DNA of 64,000 bases. It comes from Gammaproteobacteria bacterium. Lineage in GTDB: Bacteria > Pseudomonadota > Gammaproteobacteria > SZUA-229. The notes beneath the pieces are model-generated. The model saw only the letters and a program-made list of their open reading frames with translations, had not been told where the DNA came from and made no database searches. Location: contig JAPHRO010000021.1 in NCBI GenBank assembly GCA_026195895.1, positions 3,848 through 67,847 on the forward strand, in the 5' to 3' direction. This document shows, in pieces, positions 19,920 through 30,381 of the stretch. Made by a program: the position numbers and the translations under genes. Each line of letters begins with the position of its first letter. Position 1 is the stretch's first letter.

Positions 19920-20285
19920 ATGGCCAAAATTTTAGTAGTAGAAGACTCTCCCACACAATTGCAGGGTATAGTGAAAATCCTGCAGAAGCATGGGCATCAA
20001 ACAATAACCGCTGAAGATGGCGATTCAGCAGTCAGTACGGCGCGTAATGAACTACCAGACCTGATTTTGATGGATGTGGTTATGCCCGGATTAAACGGAT
20101 TTCAGGCAACCCGTCATATTACCAAACATGAAGGTACCAGCCATATTCCGGTTATTATGTTGAGTAGTAAAGACCAGGAAACAGATAAAGTCTGGGCGCA
20201 GCGTCAGGGTGCCCGTGATTACATCACCAAGCCAGCGGAAGAAGGCGAGTTGATTGGCAAGATCGACGCGCTACTGGCTTCCTGA
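19920..20285 (+). CDS. single-domain response regulator (CheY-like receiver)
   Basis: Has VVEDS, the phospho-acceptor region LILMDVVMPGLNG, and a conserved K in ITKP. 121 aa. Confidence 0.8.
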   Translation: MAKILVVEDSPTQLQGIVKILQKHGHQTITAEDGDSAVSTARNELPDLILMDVVMPGLNGFQATRHITKHEGTSHIPVIMLSSKDQETDKVWAQRQGARDYITKPAEEGELIGKIDALLAS

Positions 20286-20402
20286 TTTATTTTCCAGGAT
20301 TTTTTCAGGATTTATTTTTCAGGCGAGTATGTTTATTATTTAGCGCGGCATATCTGTTAAGCAGGTAGGCCGCGTTTGCATTTAAGAGCAGAGGGGAAAT
20401 AC

Positions 20403-20993
20403 ATGTCTACAGGTATGATTGTTACGCTAGTAATTGTCGTGGTACTGATTCTATATTTAATTTCCATTTTTAACCGACTGGTTGCCTTGCGCAATCGATT
20501 TAAAAATGCCTTTGCTCAAATTGATGTGCAACTACAAAGACGGCATGAATTAATTCCCAACCTGGTCGAAACTGCGAAAACCTACATGGCGCATGAGAAG
20601 GAAACGCTGACGGCGGTGATTGAAGCACGTAACCAGGCGCAAACGGCAGTTGAAGCTGCCTCGGCACATCCGGAAGATGCGCAGGCCATCAAACAATTGA
20701 TGACTGCAGAAACTGCCCTGACCGGTACGCTGGGTAAGTTTTTTGCTTTGTCTGAAAATTATCCAGATATCAAAGCGAATCAGACCATGGCTCAGCTAAT
20801 GGAAGAATTATCTTCTACCGAGAATAAAGTATCATTTTCTCGTCAGGCCTTTAATGATGCGGTAATGACATACAATACTTACCGCGAGCAGTTCCCTAAT
20901 TTCTTCATTGCTAATTCCGGTGGATTTAAACCAGCAGAGTTGTTTGAACTGGAGTCAGCCGACTATAAACAGCCGGTCAAAGTTTCCTTTTAA
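20403..20993 (+). CDS. LemA family membrane protein
   Basis: N-terminal TM segment followed by a LemA-like NRLVALRNRFKNAFAQIDVQLQRR region. Start chosen at the ATG preceded by GAGGGG. Confidence 0.7.
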   Translation: MSTGMIVTLVIVVVLILYLISIFNRLVALRNRFKNAFAQIDVQLQRRHELIPNLVETAKTYMAHEKETLTAVIEARNQAQTAVEAASAHPEDAQAIKQLMTAETALTGTLGKFFALSENYPDIKANQTMAQLMEELSSTENKVSFSRQAFNDAVMTYNTYREQFPNFFIANSGGFKPAELFELESADYKQPVKVSF

Positions 20994-21012
20994 TTAAGAG
21001 CTGAGTTTTTTC

Positions 21013-22914
21013 GTGGATTTTTTTGAACGTCAGGACAGGGCCAGGCGCAATACCTGGCTGCTGGCTTTGTATTTTTTATTAGCGGTTGCTTTAATAGTGG
21101 TTGCGGTAAATGCGGCTTTCTATCTGTTTTTTAAATTCACCGAAGCCTATCCTTATACACCCAGAACATGGTTTAGTCATACAGTCTGGCTGTATGTAAC
21201 CGCAGGTACGCTACTGGTTATCCTGCTGGGTAGCGTATCACGATTTGTTTCTCTGGCTGGCGGCGGTAAGGCGGTGGCTGAAATGGCCGGTGCACGATTG
21301 GTGGATTTAAATACTGCCAATATGAATGAAAAGAAATATATCAATGTCGTTGCAGAAATGGCGATTGCTTCAGGTGTACCTATGCCGGTGCTATATGTGC
21401 TGGATGATGAATCAGGCATTAATGCGTTTGTTGCCGGTTACCGGCCAACGGAAGCGGTGATGGTGGTTACTCAGGGCGCACTGGAGGCGCTTGATCGTGA
21501 TGAGCTGCAGGGCGTTGTCGGGCATGAATTCAGTCATATTCTAAATGGCGATATGCGAATTAATATTCGACTCATGGCGATACTGGCCGGGATATTAATC
21601 ATTGGTCAGATTGGGCAGTTTTTACTCAGAGGCAGTGGGCGTCGTCATTACATCAGCCGGAGCGGCAAAAATAATGGCCAGGGAGCGTTGATTGTTCTGG
21701 CAATCGCGTTGTTAATTATTGGTTATGTGGGATTGTTTTTTGGTCGATTAATAAAAGCCGCAATTTCAAGGCAACGAGAATTTCTTGCTGATGCTTCATC
21801 GGTTCAGTTTACGCGAAATGCCAGGGGTATCGCGGGTGCTTTGTATAAAATAAAACAAAATGCTACCGGTTCGCTGTTACAAAACAAACGAGCTGAAGAC
21901 ATGAGCCATATGTGTTTCGGTGAAACCCTGCATGTTAATTTTCAGCGATTACTGGCAACGCACCCGCCATTAGAAACACGGATTAATGAAATAGATCCAG
22001 GCTTCCTGAAAATACAAAATTCTCAACAGATAGTGGAAAAACAAAATCAGCTCAAAGCGGATGAAAAGGCTAAAGGTTTTTCTGCTGCGAATGAGATGGT
22101 GCACACTTCCGTTCAGGCTGTTACCGATTCGGTAGGTAATCCGGGGCCAGAACACATGCTATATGCAGCCGCTATGCTGCAATCGCTTCCTTCTCCAGTG
22201 ATGAGTCTGGTGCATGAGGCGCAAGGTGCCAAAGCCATTGTTTATGCCTTGATACTCACTGCCATGGATAGAACGGCGGGGCTCAAATTTCTGCATGATG
22301 CAGGGGAAGGTGAGGCGGCACAGCTAGTGGAAGAAAAATTGAGCCAATTGTTGTCACTCGATAAGCGCCTGCGTCTGTCATTAATAGATCTATTATTGCC
22401 ATCGCTAAAAAGACTTGGCGAAGCTGAAACAGCGGCATTTCTTGAAACAGGTGAAGCACTGATTAAGCTGGATAAAAAATATACATTATTCGAGTTTGTG
22501 TTATTTACTATTTTGAATCAGCATTTAAATCCGCAGGCAGAACGCGCAGATAAAATTCGCTTTTATTCATTCAAGCCGGTGCTGGTAGATATTCAATTAA
22601 TCCTGTCTGTGCTCTGCCACAGTAGTCAGCAATCGGCTGAAAAAAAACAACAGATGTTTCAGCGTGGTTTGAGTACATTCACCCAGAAAGAAATGCCTTT
22701 GTTGTCGGTTAAACAATTCAGCATAAAAACAATCCGGCATTCCCTGAACAGATTGTGCCAGCTGTCACCAATGCTTAAAAAGTCTGTAATAAATGCCTGT
22801 GCCGATGTGGTTATCGATGATGGTATTATGTTGCCTGAGGAAGCAGAGTTATTACGCGCTGTGGCAGAAAGTCTGGATTGCCCAATTCCACCTTTTGTAA
22901 ACCTAAGCAGTTAA
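21013..22914 (+). CDS. M48 family zinc metallopeptidase with a long C-terminal extension
   Basis: HEFSHILNGD (HExxH) between TM segments. A GTG start is predicted. About 300 aa of extra C-terminal sequence. Confidence 0.65.
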   Translation: MDFFERQDRARRNTWLLALYFLLAVALIVVAVNAAFYLFFKFTEAYPYTPRTWFSHTVWLYVTAGTLLVILLGSVSRFVSLAGGGKAVAEMAGARLVDLNTANMNEKKYINVVAEMAIASGVPMPVLYVLDDESGINAFVAGYRPTEAVMVVTQGALEALDRDELQGVVGHEFSHILNGDMRINIRLMAILAGILIIGQIGQFLLRGSGRRHYISRSGKNNGQGALIVLAIALLIIGYVGLFFGRLIKAAISRQREFLADASSVQFTRNARGIAGALYKIKQNATGSLLQNKRAEDMSHMCFGETLHVNFQRLLATHPPLETRINEIDPGFLKIQNSQQIVEKQNQLKADEKAKGFSAANEMVHTSVQAVTDSVGNPGPEHMLYAAAMLQSLPSPVMSLVHEAQGAKAIVYALILTAMDRTAGLKFLHDAGEGEAAQLVEEKLSQLLSLDKRLRLSLIDLLLPSLKRLGEAETAAFLETGEALIKLDKKYTLFEFVLFTILNQHLNPQAERADKIRFYSFKPVLVDIQLILSVLCHSSQQSAEKKQQMFQRGLSTFTQKEMPLLSVKQFSIKTIRHSLNRLCQLSPMLKKSVINACADVVIDDGIMLPEEAELLRAVAESLDCPIPPFVNLSS

Positions 22915-23187
22915 CCGCTAAGTCTTTATATTGATCCATTTATCCAGCGGCCTGTGAACTGTCTCACAGCCGGATTATGGATGATTAACATTTTGTCGTT
23001 ATATGTTTCATACTGATTTTAAGGCAAATGTTTCGAGGCTAGCAACATGCAGGCAGCACATTACATACTAATCAGCATGACTTTTATTGTTTTAATGTTG
23101 TCCTATGTAACAACTTTAATATAGTGATCTGATGCGATATTAATAATCAGGAATTCAATGCCGAATTCGGTGATATAATCCGGCTTT

Positions 23188-24153
23188 ATGAATCGTGTAT
23201 TTTCCATTGCGCCGATGCTGGACTGGACTGATCGGCATGAGCGTTATTTCCTTCGTTTAATTTCTCGTCACGTGCTGCTCTATACGGAGATGGTCACCAC
23301 CGGCGCTATCCTGTTTGGTGACCACGATAAATATTTGAGATTCAATGAAGCAGAGCATCCAGTCGCTTTACAACTAGGCGGCAGTGATCCTGTTGATCTG
23401 GCTACCTGTGCCAGGATAGCCGAAGAATATGGCTATGACGAAGTTAATCTGAATGTGGGTTGTCCCAGTGATCGAGTAAAATCAGGTAGCTTTGGTGCCT
23501 GTTTAATGGCGACACCAGAAACCGTCGCAGAATGTATAGCCGCGATGAAGTCTGTAGTGTCAATTCCGGTCACGGTAAAACATCGCATCGGTATAGATGA
23601 TCGCGATAGCTGGGAAGAATTATGCCAGTTTGTGGAGGTTGTTTCGCAGGGTGGTTGTGAAGTGTTTATTGTGCATGCTCGCAAAGCCTGGTTGTCTGGT
23701 TTAAGCCCAAAAGAAAATCGCGATATTCCGCCACTGCATTATGATATGGTGCATCGGCTAAAAAAAACCTATCCACAATTTGAGTTTATAATTAATGGTG
23801 GATTTAAAACGCTAGCAGATTCACTGGCGCAACTTGAGCATGTAGATGGGGTAATGATGGGGCGCGAAGCTTATCATAATCCCTATATTTTAAATGAGTT
23901 AGACAGGCTGTTTTTTAATGATAATCATCCAGTTGTTAGTCGCATGGAAGTTATCGAGTCTATGCTGCCTTATATTGAGGCAGAGTTAAAAAAAGGCACA
24001 AAATTAAAATCGATTACACGACATATTCTGGGCTTGTTTCACGGTGTCGCAGGAGCCAAAGCCTGGCGGCGTTATTTGAGTGAACATGCGCATTTGCCTG
24101 ATGCAGGTATAGATGTGGTCAGGGCAGCGCTGGAAAAAATCCATGAGACCTGA
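23188..24153 (+). CDS. dusA: tRNA-dihydrouridine(20/20a) synthase DusA
   Basis: MNRVFSIAPMLDWTDRHERYFLRLIS N-terminus and an FMN-binding TIM barrel. Confidence 0.85.
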   Translation: MNRVFSIAPMLDWTDRHERYFLRLISRHVLLYTEMVTTGAILFGDHDKYLRFNEAEHPVALQLGGSDPVDLATCARIAEEYGYDEVNLNVGCPSDRVKSGSFGACLMATPETVAECIAAMKSVVSIPVTVKHRIGIDDRDSWEELCQFVEVVSQGGCEVFIVHARKAWLSGLSPKENRDIPPLHYDMVHRLKKTYPQFEFIINGGFKTLADSLAQLEHVDGVMMGREAYHNPYILNELDRLFFNDNHPVVSRMEVIESMLPYIEAELKKGTKLKSITRHILGLFHGVAGAKAWRRYLSEHAHLPDAGIDVVRAALEKIHET

Positions 24154-24196
24154 AAAAATATTTTGCCTGTGAATGTAAACATAAATACCAGCGATG

Positions 24197-25180
24197 TTAA
24201 AACTCTACCGCCAGTTGTGCCGTCAGTGTGCTGCCAGATTCACCGGAGCCCCCTTCGGTGATTTCGTAATCATCTGAATTGGCATACTCGAAAGTCAGGC
24301 CAACATCTTCAACAACAAGCATTGAATAGCTGAGCATGGTTTTTGATTCCGGCAATATTCCGCCTAGTTCATCGGTATTCTGGTAGGCCAGCGCCAGTAT
24401 GCCTGCGCCAAGATCGTAACCGATCTCGATATTTGTTGCCGAGGGTTCAGTGCCATCATCGAGCATGTCCTGGGCGGCAATGTGTTCAATGATGGCATTA
24501 AATGGTCCGCTGTTTATAACAGCATGGATTGCCAGACCCGCATCCTGCTCAGAAACCGGTGTGGCCGGGTCCTGAAAAGTATCGGTATCTGCAATGTTAT
24601 TGATATATCCAATACCAAAATTCAAATTCATGTCATTAGTTTGGATGGCGTAGTTCAGACTAAGGCCAAAATCATCCACCTTGTCCTGATCGACACCCGC
24701 TTCATCGGCATCGCCATTGAATAAATACAGGGATCCTGAAAATGCGCCGCGTGTATATTCTATTAGTAAGGCGGCTTCCTGAGTTTCAGCAATCTCAAGG
24801 GTAAGCGGGTCGGATATCATGTGGGTTTCGAAATTTCCAAAAGGTACATACATACGGCCTGCGTTTAGTGTGAAACCATTTTCCAGGTCGATGCTAATAA
24901 TGCCTTCATCGATAACAAATTCTTCAGTGTCATCATCTTCATGCAAAACCAGTAGCTGTGCGCTAACTTTGTCGTTAATGCTGGCATCAAAAGCTAATTC
25001 GATAGTTGACAGTGCGATGTCGCTGCTGTTTGTGCCGGTATGATCTTCCCCCGATGAGGTTTCCACCTCCACCACGCCACTAATATTGAGTGTGGGTTCG
25101 GCAGATAAGGTATTTGATAGAGATAAAGTCGCGGCCAGAAGAATGGCTATTCCAGTCTGGGGATTGTTAAAATATTTCAT
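24197..25180 (-). CDS. acidic outer-membrane beta-barrel/porin-like protein
   Basis: Signal peptide MKYFNNPQTGIAILLAATLSLSNTLSA. Alternating beta-strand pattern. C-terminal LAVEF. Confidence 0.4.
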   Translation of the reverse strand: MKYFNNPQTGIAILLAATLSLSNTLSAEPTLNISGVVEVETSSGEDHTGTNSSDIALSTIELAFDASINDKVSAQLLVLHEDDDTEEFVIDEGIISIDLENGFTLNAGRMYVPFGNFETHMISDPLTLEIAETQEAALLIEYTRGAFSGSLYLFNGDADEAGVDQDKVDDFGLSLNYAIQTNDMNLNFGIGYINNIADTDTFQDPATPVSEQDAGLAIHAVINSGPFNAIIEHIAAQDMLDDGTEPSATNIEIGYDLGAGILALAYQNTDELGGILPESKTMLSYSMLVVEDVGLTFEYANSDDYEITEGGSGESGSTLTAQLAVEF

Positions 25181-25226
25181 GCATCAGGGTTCCAGGATAA
25201 TTAAATTTGAACTCAGCAGTATTGAA

Positions 25227-26846
25227 TTATGATGTTTTAAATCGGTGAGTCATCTCTTCAAGCTGTGTTGCCAGGTTAGCTAATTCCTGACTGGCGGCAG
25301 CAATCTGGCTGGCGCCATCAGCGGCCTGATCGGTCATATCGCTGGTGGTAATAATATTTCTGTTGATCTCTTCTGATACTGCCGTTTGTTCTTCGGATGC
25401 GCTGGCAATCTGTGTACTCATGTCATGGATGCTGCTGACAGCATCAGCAATGGTGTTGAGCGACTTATTCGCCTGCGATGCCTGTTCAACCACTGTTTTG
25501 GTCTGTTCACGACTTTGTGTCATAACATCGACGGCGGCCTGTGTGCCATGCAATAGCTCGTCAATCATCTGATTGATTTCTTCAGTAGATTGCTGGGTAC
25601 GGCTGGCCAGGGTACGGACTTCATCGGCAACGACAGCAAAGCCCCGTCCCTGTTCGCCGGCTCTTGCGGCTTCAATTGCGGCGTTCAGGGCTAATAAATT
25701 GGTCTGCTCGGCAATCCCTTTAATAACATCAAGTACGCCAGTAATATTCTGGCTGTTTTGTTCAAGCTTATGAATTGTATCGGCGGCATTTTCAATTTGG
25801 CCGGAAAGCTGCTGAATATTGCTCATTGCCTGATTAACGACCTGTTGTCCAGATGCTGCCTCCATGCTGGCTTGCCGCGCAGCGTCAGCCGTATGATTAA
25901 TATTTGATGAAACTTCATGAACAGTAGCCGTCATTTCATTCATTGCCGTTGCCACCTGATCAGTCTCTATTCTTTGTTGTTGTAAGCTCTGATCAGTTTC
26001 TGAAGTTATAACCGATAATTGCTCAGCCGCCGCTGACAATTGTGATGTAGTGCCATTAATTTTAGAGATCATCTCCAGCAGGCTCTGGCGGGTGATATTT
26101 AACGATGATGATAGTTCACCTATTTCGTCATGGCGGTTGAGCGCTTTCTCATTAGTTAAATCACCCTCAGAAATTTGTTTGAGCTGACTAACCAGTACAG
26201 GTAAATCAGCCAGTGCTTTAGACATAATGAAATAAAAAATAAATACGAAAAAAAGCACAATTGTGGAACTCACATAAATCATATTTACTGATTGATGATT
26301 TTTTTGCCGCTGTTGTGTTAATAGCAGATTTGTTCGATCTTTATTTGTCTCTAATAACTCACCTACCATGGTCATTATTTTTCCGGCGACCGTATCAAAT
26401 TCTGCCATGGTCTGGTTGCCGCCTTCAGGACCCTGATCAATATAGGTTTGTGCCATTTTTTTACCTACGTCATAGTAGGCATTAAATGCCGGTTTTATAT
26501 TGTCATATTTAGCCTGATTTTTATTGTCCAGATGTTTTAATTCATCAAGTAATGCATAGACTTTCTGTGCATTATTCTCAGCTTCATCAAAGCCATCATT
26601 CAGGCCGTCCATTGCGCGTGTTGCGCTGATGTCGGTTAGCCATTGCTGAACCTGTACAACTGCCAGTTTTAATTCTTCTGACTTGATTAATATGGGGATG
26701 GCCTTATCCCCCAAAATATCACCGGAGCTTTCGATATTTTTCAAGTTGAATATAAGAAAGGCACTGACTATTAGCACGGCAATTGTCAGTATCAATACCA
26801 GAATGTTCTGTTTTCTTCGCAGGGAAATATGGTGCAATTTAATCAT
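25227..26846 (-). CDS. methyl-accepting chemotaxis protein
   Basis: Two TM segments flank a periplasmic sensor domain. Has HAMP and a highly conserved MA domain ([31 protein letters not shown]). Confidence 0.85.
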   Translation of the reverse strand: MIKLHHISLRRKQNILVLILTIAVLIVSAFLIFNLKNIESSGDILGDKAIPILIKSEELKLAVVQVQQWLTDISATRAMDGLNDGFDEAENNAQKVYALLDELKHLDNKNQAKYDNIKPAFNAYYDVGKKMAQTYIDQGPEGGNQTMAEFDTVAGKIMTMVGELLETNKDRTNLLLTQQRQKNHQSVNMIYVSSTIVLFFVFIFYFIMSKALADLPVLVSQLKQISEGDLTNEKALNRHDEIGELSSSLNITRQSLLEMISKINGTTSQLSAAAEQLSVITSETDQSLQQQRIETDQVATAMNEMTATVHEVSSNINHTADAARQASMEAASGQQVVNQAMSNIQQLSGQIENAADTIHKLEQNSQNITGVLDVIKGIAEQTNLLALNAAIEAARAGEQGRGFAVVADEVRTLASRTQQSTEEINQMIDELLHGTQAAVDVMTQSREQTKTVVEQASQANKSLNTIADAVSSIHDMSTQIASASEEQTAVSEEINRNIITTSDMTDQAADGASQIAAASQELANLATQLEEMTHRFKTS

Positions 26847-26880
26847 GATTAGCGGTGTTCCATTATTTTTTTTGTTTTTT

Positions 26881-26936
26881 CAGCAATCTACACATGCTCT
26901 GCATGCAAAGCTGTTTATCAGGCGGGTAGATTGCTG
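26881..26936. promoter_or_regulatory. inverted repeat in the 5-prime region of the MCP gene
   Basis: 11-nt arms CAGCAATCTAC / GTAGATTGCTG separated by 34 nt that contain a GCATGC palindrome. Lies 35-90 nt upstream of the MCP start codon. Confidence 0.3.
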
Positions 26937-27154
26937 ACTATATGTTTAAAAAAATCCATAATGCGCAGTTTTAAAAACAGGCTGTTTTTAAAGCTGCGTT
27001 TTGACGTCCCTGAACAGGTATCAGAAAGTATAGTAAGGTATATCGGAAAATGTGCTATTTCTTTAGTAATTTAGATAGTTTTTTAATAGATGAAGCTGGC
27101 CTGGTCGGCTGGTGGCACAATTATATATGCGAAATGTTGCTTAACGGGGCGTAA

Positions 27155-28426
27155 TTATGCTTTGCCTTTCCATGGTACAAGCGTATTTTCAGCCTTGCGC
27201 ATGAGAATGTCGATGCCATATCCAATAAGACCGATCAAAATTATACCCATGATAACAACGTCTGTTTGTTGAAATTTTGATGCGGCGATAATCATCTTAC
27301 CGGCGCCTTTTTCGGCGGCCACTAATTCGGCGGCCACCACGGTGCCCCAGCAGACCCCCATGGCAACTCGGGCGCCGGTAAATATTTCAGGTAATGAGTT
27401 GGGTATGATGACGTGGGTTAATAGCTGGCGTTTTGAGGCGCCCAGGGAATAGGCAGCATGCACTTTAGCAATGTTGATGCCAGAAACACCTGCCCGTGCC
27501 GCAATGGTCATGATCCAGAGTGCGGCAAGAAAGAGCAGGCTGATTTTTCCGGTTTCCCAGATGCCAAACCAGATGATAACTAACGGGATAAGCGCCAGTG
27601 GCGGAATGGGCCGCATGAATTCCACGATGGGATCAAACCAGCCGCGGAACCAGTTGTTCAAACCCATTGCATAGCCGAGCGGAATGCCGACTAAACTGCC
27701 GAGTAGAAAACCGACGATTACGCGTAGCAGCGACCAGCCGACATTCTCCAGCAGGGTCACGTTCTGATAGCCATCGCGAGCAATTTCAATCAGCCGTGAG
27801 AGTACTGCTTCGGGTGGTGGCAGCCAGATGGGTTCCATTTGCCAGCCTTTATCCGGTGTAAATGACAGGCTGCCTTTTTTAGTCATACTAACAACACCAT
27901 TGGCGACAATAACGGATTGTTGCGGCGTGATCGTTTGCCCATTGATCCTGACTACACGATAGGTTTTTTCCTTGCCGCCGGTATCATTTTTCTGTACGCG
28001 AATAAGTTTGCTGCGCCAGGCAGCCACGTGCAAGACATCGTCGTTGGCAAAGCCTGTTTGATCTCTGGTCGAGACTGGAGGTTTGCCTGTTTTTTCCCCG
28101 ATGGGGAAAACGCGAATATAAACTGAAGCATGGTCAGTTTGGTGTTGAGCATTAATTGCAGTGTAGCTAAAAGATGTGTCGCCGATAAATGGCCCGGGTA
28201 CATGCACCGGGGAAAACTTCGAGCCGGTGAAGGCGCCCCAAATCAAAAATAACGTCATGATAGAAATAACGGAAGCGGCTCGGTTTGGACTGACTGCGCT
28301 TTCATCACCAAAGGTTACCGTTTTACGTTGGTTATAGTCCTGTTTTGCATGTCGGTGTCTGGCAACGGTCTGATAAATAAAATAGGCCAGTAAAAAAATA
28401 CTGATATAGATGGCAAGGATCAACAT
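27155..28426 (-). CDS. ABC transporter permease (NitT/TauT family) with an extended N-terminal periplasmic domain
   Basis: The C-terminal half is a TauC/SsuC-like permease with an EAA loop. About 150 extra N-terminal residues include a TM segment. Confidence 0.65.
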   Translation of the reverse strand: MLILAIYISIFLLAYFIYQTVARHRHAKQDYNQRKTVTFGDESAVSPNRAASVISIMTLFLIWGAFTGSKFSPVHVPGPFIGDTSFSYTAINAQHQTDHASVYIRVFPIGEKTGKPPVSTRDQTGFANDDVLHVAAWRSKLIRVQKNDTGGKEKTYRVVRINGQTITPQQSVIVANGVVSMTKKGSLSFTPDKGWQMEPIWLPPPEAVLSRLIEIARDGYQNVTLLENVGWSLLRVIVGFLLGSLVGIPLGYAMGLNNWFRGWFDPIVEFMRPIPPLALIPLVIIWFGIWETGKISLLFLAALWIMTIAARAGVSGINIAKVHAAYSLGASKRQLLTHVIIPNSLPEIFTGARVAMGVCWGTVVAAELVAAEKGAGKMIIAASKFQQTDVVIMGIILIGLIGYGIDILMRKAENTLVPWKGKA

Positions 28427-28430
28427 CGTG

Positions 28431-29243
28431 TTATGCCTTCATCCCCATAATGTCTTCTTCCATTTCCCAGATCATGCTAAGAATTTCTTCACGTCGTTGA
28501 TTAAAATCCGGATGTTTTTTTATATTACGCAAATCAGTGTCAACGGCCATGTCGGCAAAAGGCAATTGATATTCCCGATGAATGTGACCGGGTCTGGGGG
28601 CCATGACAAGCAGTCGCTCACCCAGTAGTAAGGCTTCTTCTACCGAGTGAGTGATCAGGATGATGGTCTTGCCGGTTTCTTTCCAGAGTTTAAGTATCAG
28701 GCTCTGCATTTTTTCACGGGTTAAGGCATCCAGCGCACCCAGAGGTTCGTCCATCAGAATGACGTCGGGATCATTGGCAAGGCAGCGGGCCAGTGCGACG
28801 CGTTGTTGCATGCCGCCGGAAAGTTCATAGACTGCTTTGTTGGCAAAACCATTCAGGCCGACGGTTTCCAGCAGTGCATCCACTCGCGGTCGAATTTGTG
28901 TTTCTGCCATGCCTTGCATGGCAGGGCCAAAACCAATGTTTTTTCGTACATTCATCCATTCAAACAGTGCGCCCTGCTGGAACACCATGCCGCGCTCAGC
29001 GCCCGGGCCGGTGACTTGATGGCCATTCAGCATAACCTGGCCATCGGTAGGTGTAAGAAAACCTGCAACAATGTTTAACAGGGTGCTTTTGCCACAGCCA
29101 GATGGGCCTAAAATCGACAGCAGTTCGCCTTTGCGCAGATCGATTGAAACATTTTTCAAAGCATCAACGTCGTTGCCATCGGGCAGCTTGAACGTCATTG
29201 ATATATTGTTGATGTGTAAACTGGATTTTCTGGATGTATGCAA
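28431..29243 (-). CDS. ABC transporter ATP-binding protein (TauB/SsuB-like)
   Basis: Walker A GPSGCGKST, signature LSGGMQQRVALARCL, Walker B ILMDEP. Confidence 0.85.
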   Translation of the reverse strand: MHTSRKSSLHINNISMTFKLPDGNDVDALKNVSIDLRKGELLSILGPSGCGKSTLLNIVAGFLTPTDGQVMLNGHQVTGPGAERGMVFQQGALFEWMNVRKNIGFGPAMQGMAETQIRPRVDALLETVGLNGFANKAVYELSGGMQQRVALARCLANDPDVILMDEPLGALDALTREKMQSLILKLWKETGKTIILITHSVEEALLLGERLLVMAPRPGHIHREYQLPFADMAVDTDLRNIKKHPDFNQRREEILSMIWEMEEDIMGMKA

Positions 29244-29266
29244 GAAACTAACTCGTCTATTGATGC

Positions 29267-30262
29267 TTACAGTTTTGATGCGGCTTCGAGATAGCTGGCA
29301 TCGACGGCATCATCATAATTGTCGCGCGCTTCTGGAATAATGTGTTGTTCGACAAAAAAATCAGCGACCTGTTTAAGGAATTGTTGAGTGCCGCCACCCA
29401 GCCATTTTTCACTGAGTTGTGCCTTGATGTCGGGAAAGGAAAAGCTGGCCATGGTTTCTTTGGCGGTATTTTCTTTCATGCCGGCTGCTTTGGCGATTAC
29501 GCCCAGCATTTCGCCAGAGTGATCGGTTGTATATCTGGTATTCATATCGGCCGTTACTTTGAGGAAGCTTGCCAGTAAATCTGGATTCTCCTGTGCCCAT
29601 TGAGCGGATACCGTGGTGGCATCAAATACCTGAATGCCCAGTTGTTCTTTTTCCGCACCCGTAAATAGTACATGACCATGCTCTTTCATGCGACGCAACG
29701 CGCCACCCCAGCCGCAGACCATATCCAGATTGCCGTTTGCAAATGCGGCTGCGCCATCGGCTGGTGCCATGTCGACGATTTTCATGGTTGTTGTGTCGAC
29801 GCCTAAATGTTCCATCTGTTTCAGGAACCCGTAATGTGCGGCGGTACCAATCGGTACCCCTGCCTGTTTGCCTGCCAGTTCCTGGGCGTTGTCTTTGCTG
29901 ATTTCCAGACTGGAGCGCACGACGCAGTTTTCGTTTTCCGAATAGGAAACGGCAATGTCGACTATTTGCAGATCCTGTCCGGCTGATGCGGCAACAACAA
30001 AGGGCGGAATGCCCTGTGAAAAGGATATTTGTACATCCCCCGACGCCATGGCTGCCGACATGGCAGTGCCAGCATCAAAAGAAACCCAGTTAATATCTAC
30101 CTCAAGTGCCTCGTCATAGATTTGTTTTACCTGTGCAAATTGATTCGGTGTTGGCCATTCCAGAAAATAACCGACGGTAATGGTTTCTGCATTGGCGATG
30201 CCTGCGCTTGTTAGTAGCACACTTAGGTATAAACTATTAAGCCCGGTTTTTAATGATTGCAT
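29267..30262 (-). CDS. ABC transporter substrate-binding protein (taurine/aliphatic sulfonate NitT family-like)
   Basis: Signal peptide. About 331 aa. Located in an operon with the permease and ATPase. Confidence 0.6.
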   Translation of the reverse strand: MQSLKTGLNSLYLSVLLTSAGIANAETITVGYFLEWPTPNQFAQVKQIYDEALEVDINWVSFDAGTAMSAAMASGDVQISFSQGIPPFVVAASAGQDLQIVDIAVSYSENENCVVRSSLEISKDNAQELAGKQAGVPIGTAAHYGFLKQMEHLGVDTTTMKIVDMAPADGAAAFANGNLDMVCGWGGALRRMKEHGHVLFTGAEKEQLGIQVFDATTVSAQWAQENPDLLASFLKVTADMNTRYTTDHSGEMLGVIAKAAGMKENTAKETMASFSFPDIKAQLSEKWLGGGTQQFLKQVADFFVEQHIIPEARDNYDDAVDASYLEAASKL

Positions 30263-30381
30263 TTTTTATACTCTTACTCAGATGAGCCGTAGTATAAACG
30301 ATAGAAGGCCTCGCGTTTAGCCTGGGTTGTTGATGGTGTTTACTATTATGGATGCAAAATCTCTTTTTTTATAAATTTGAA

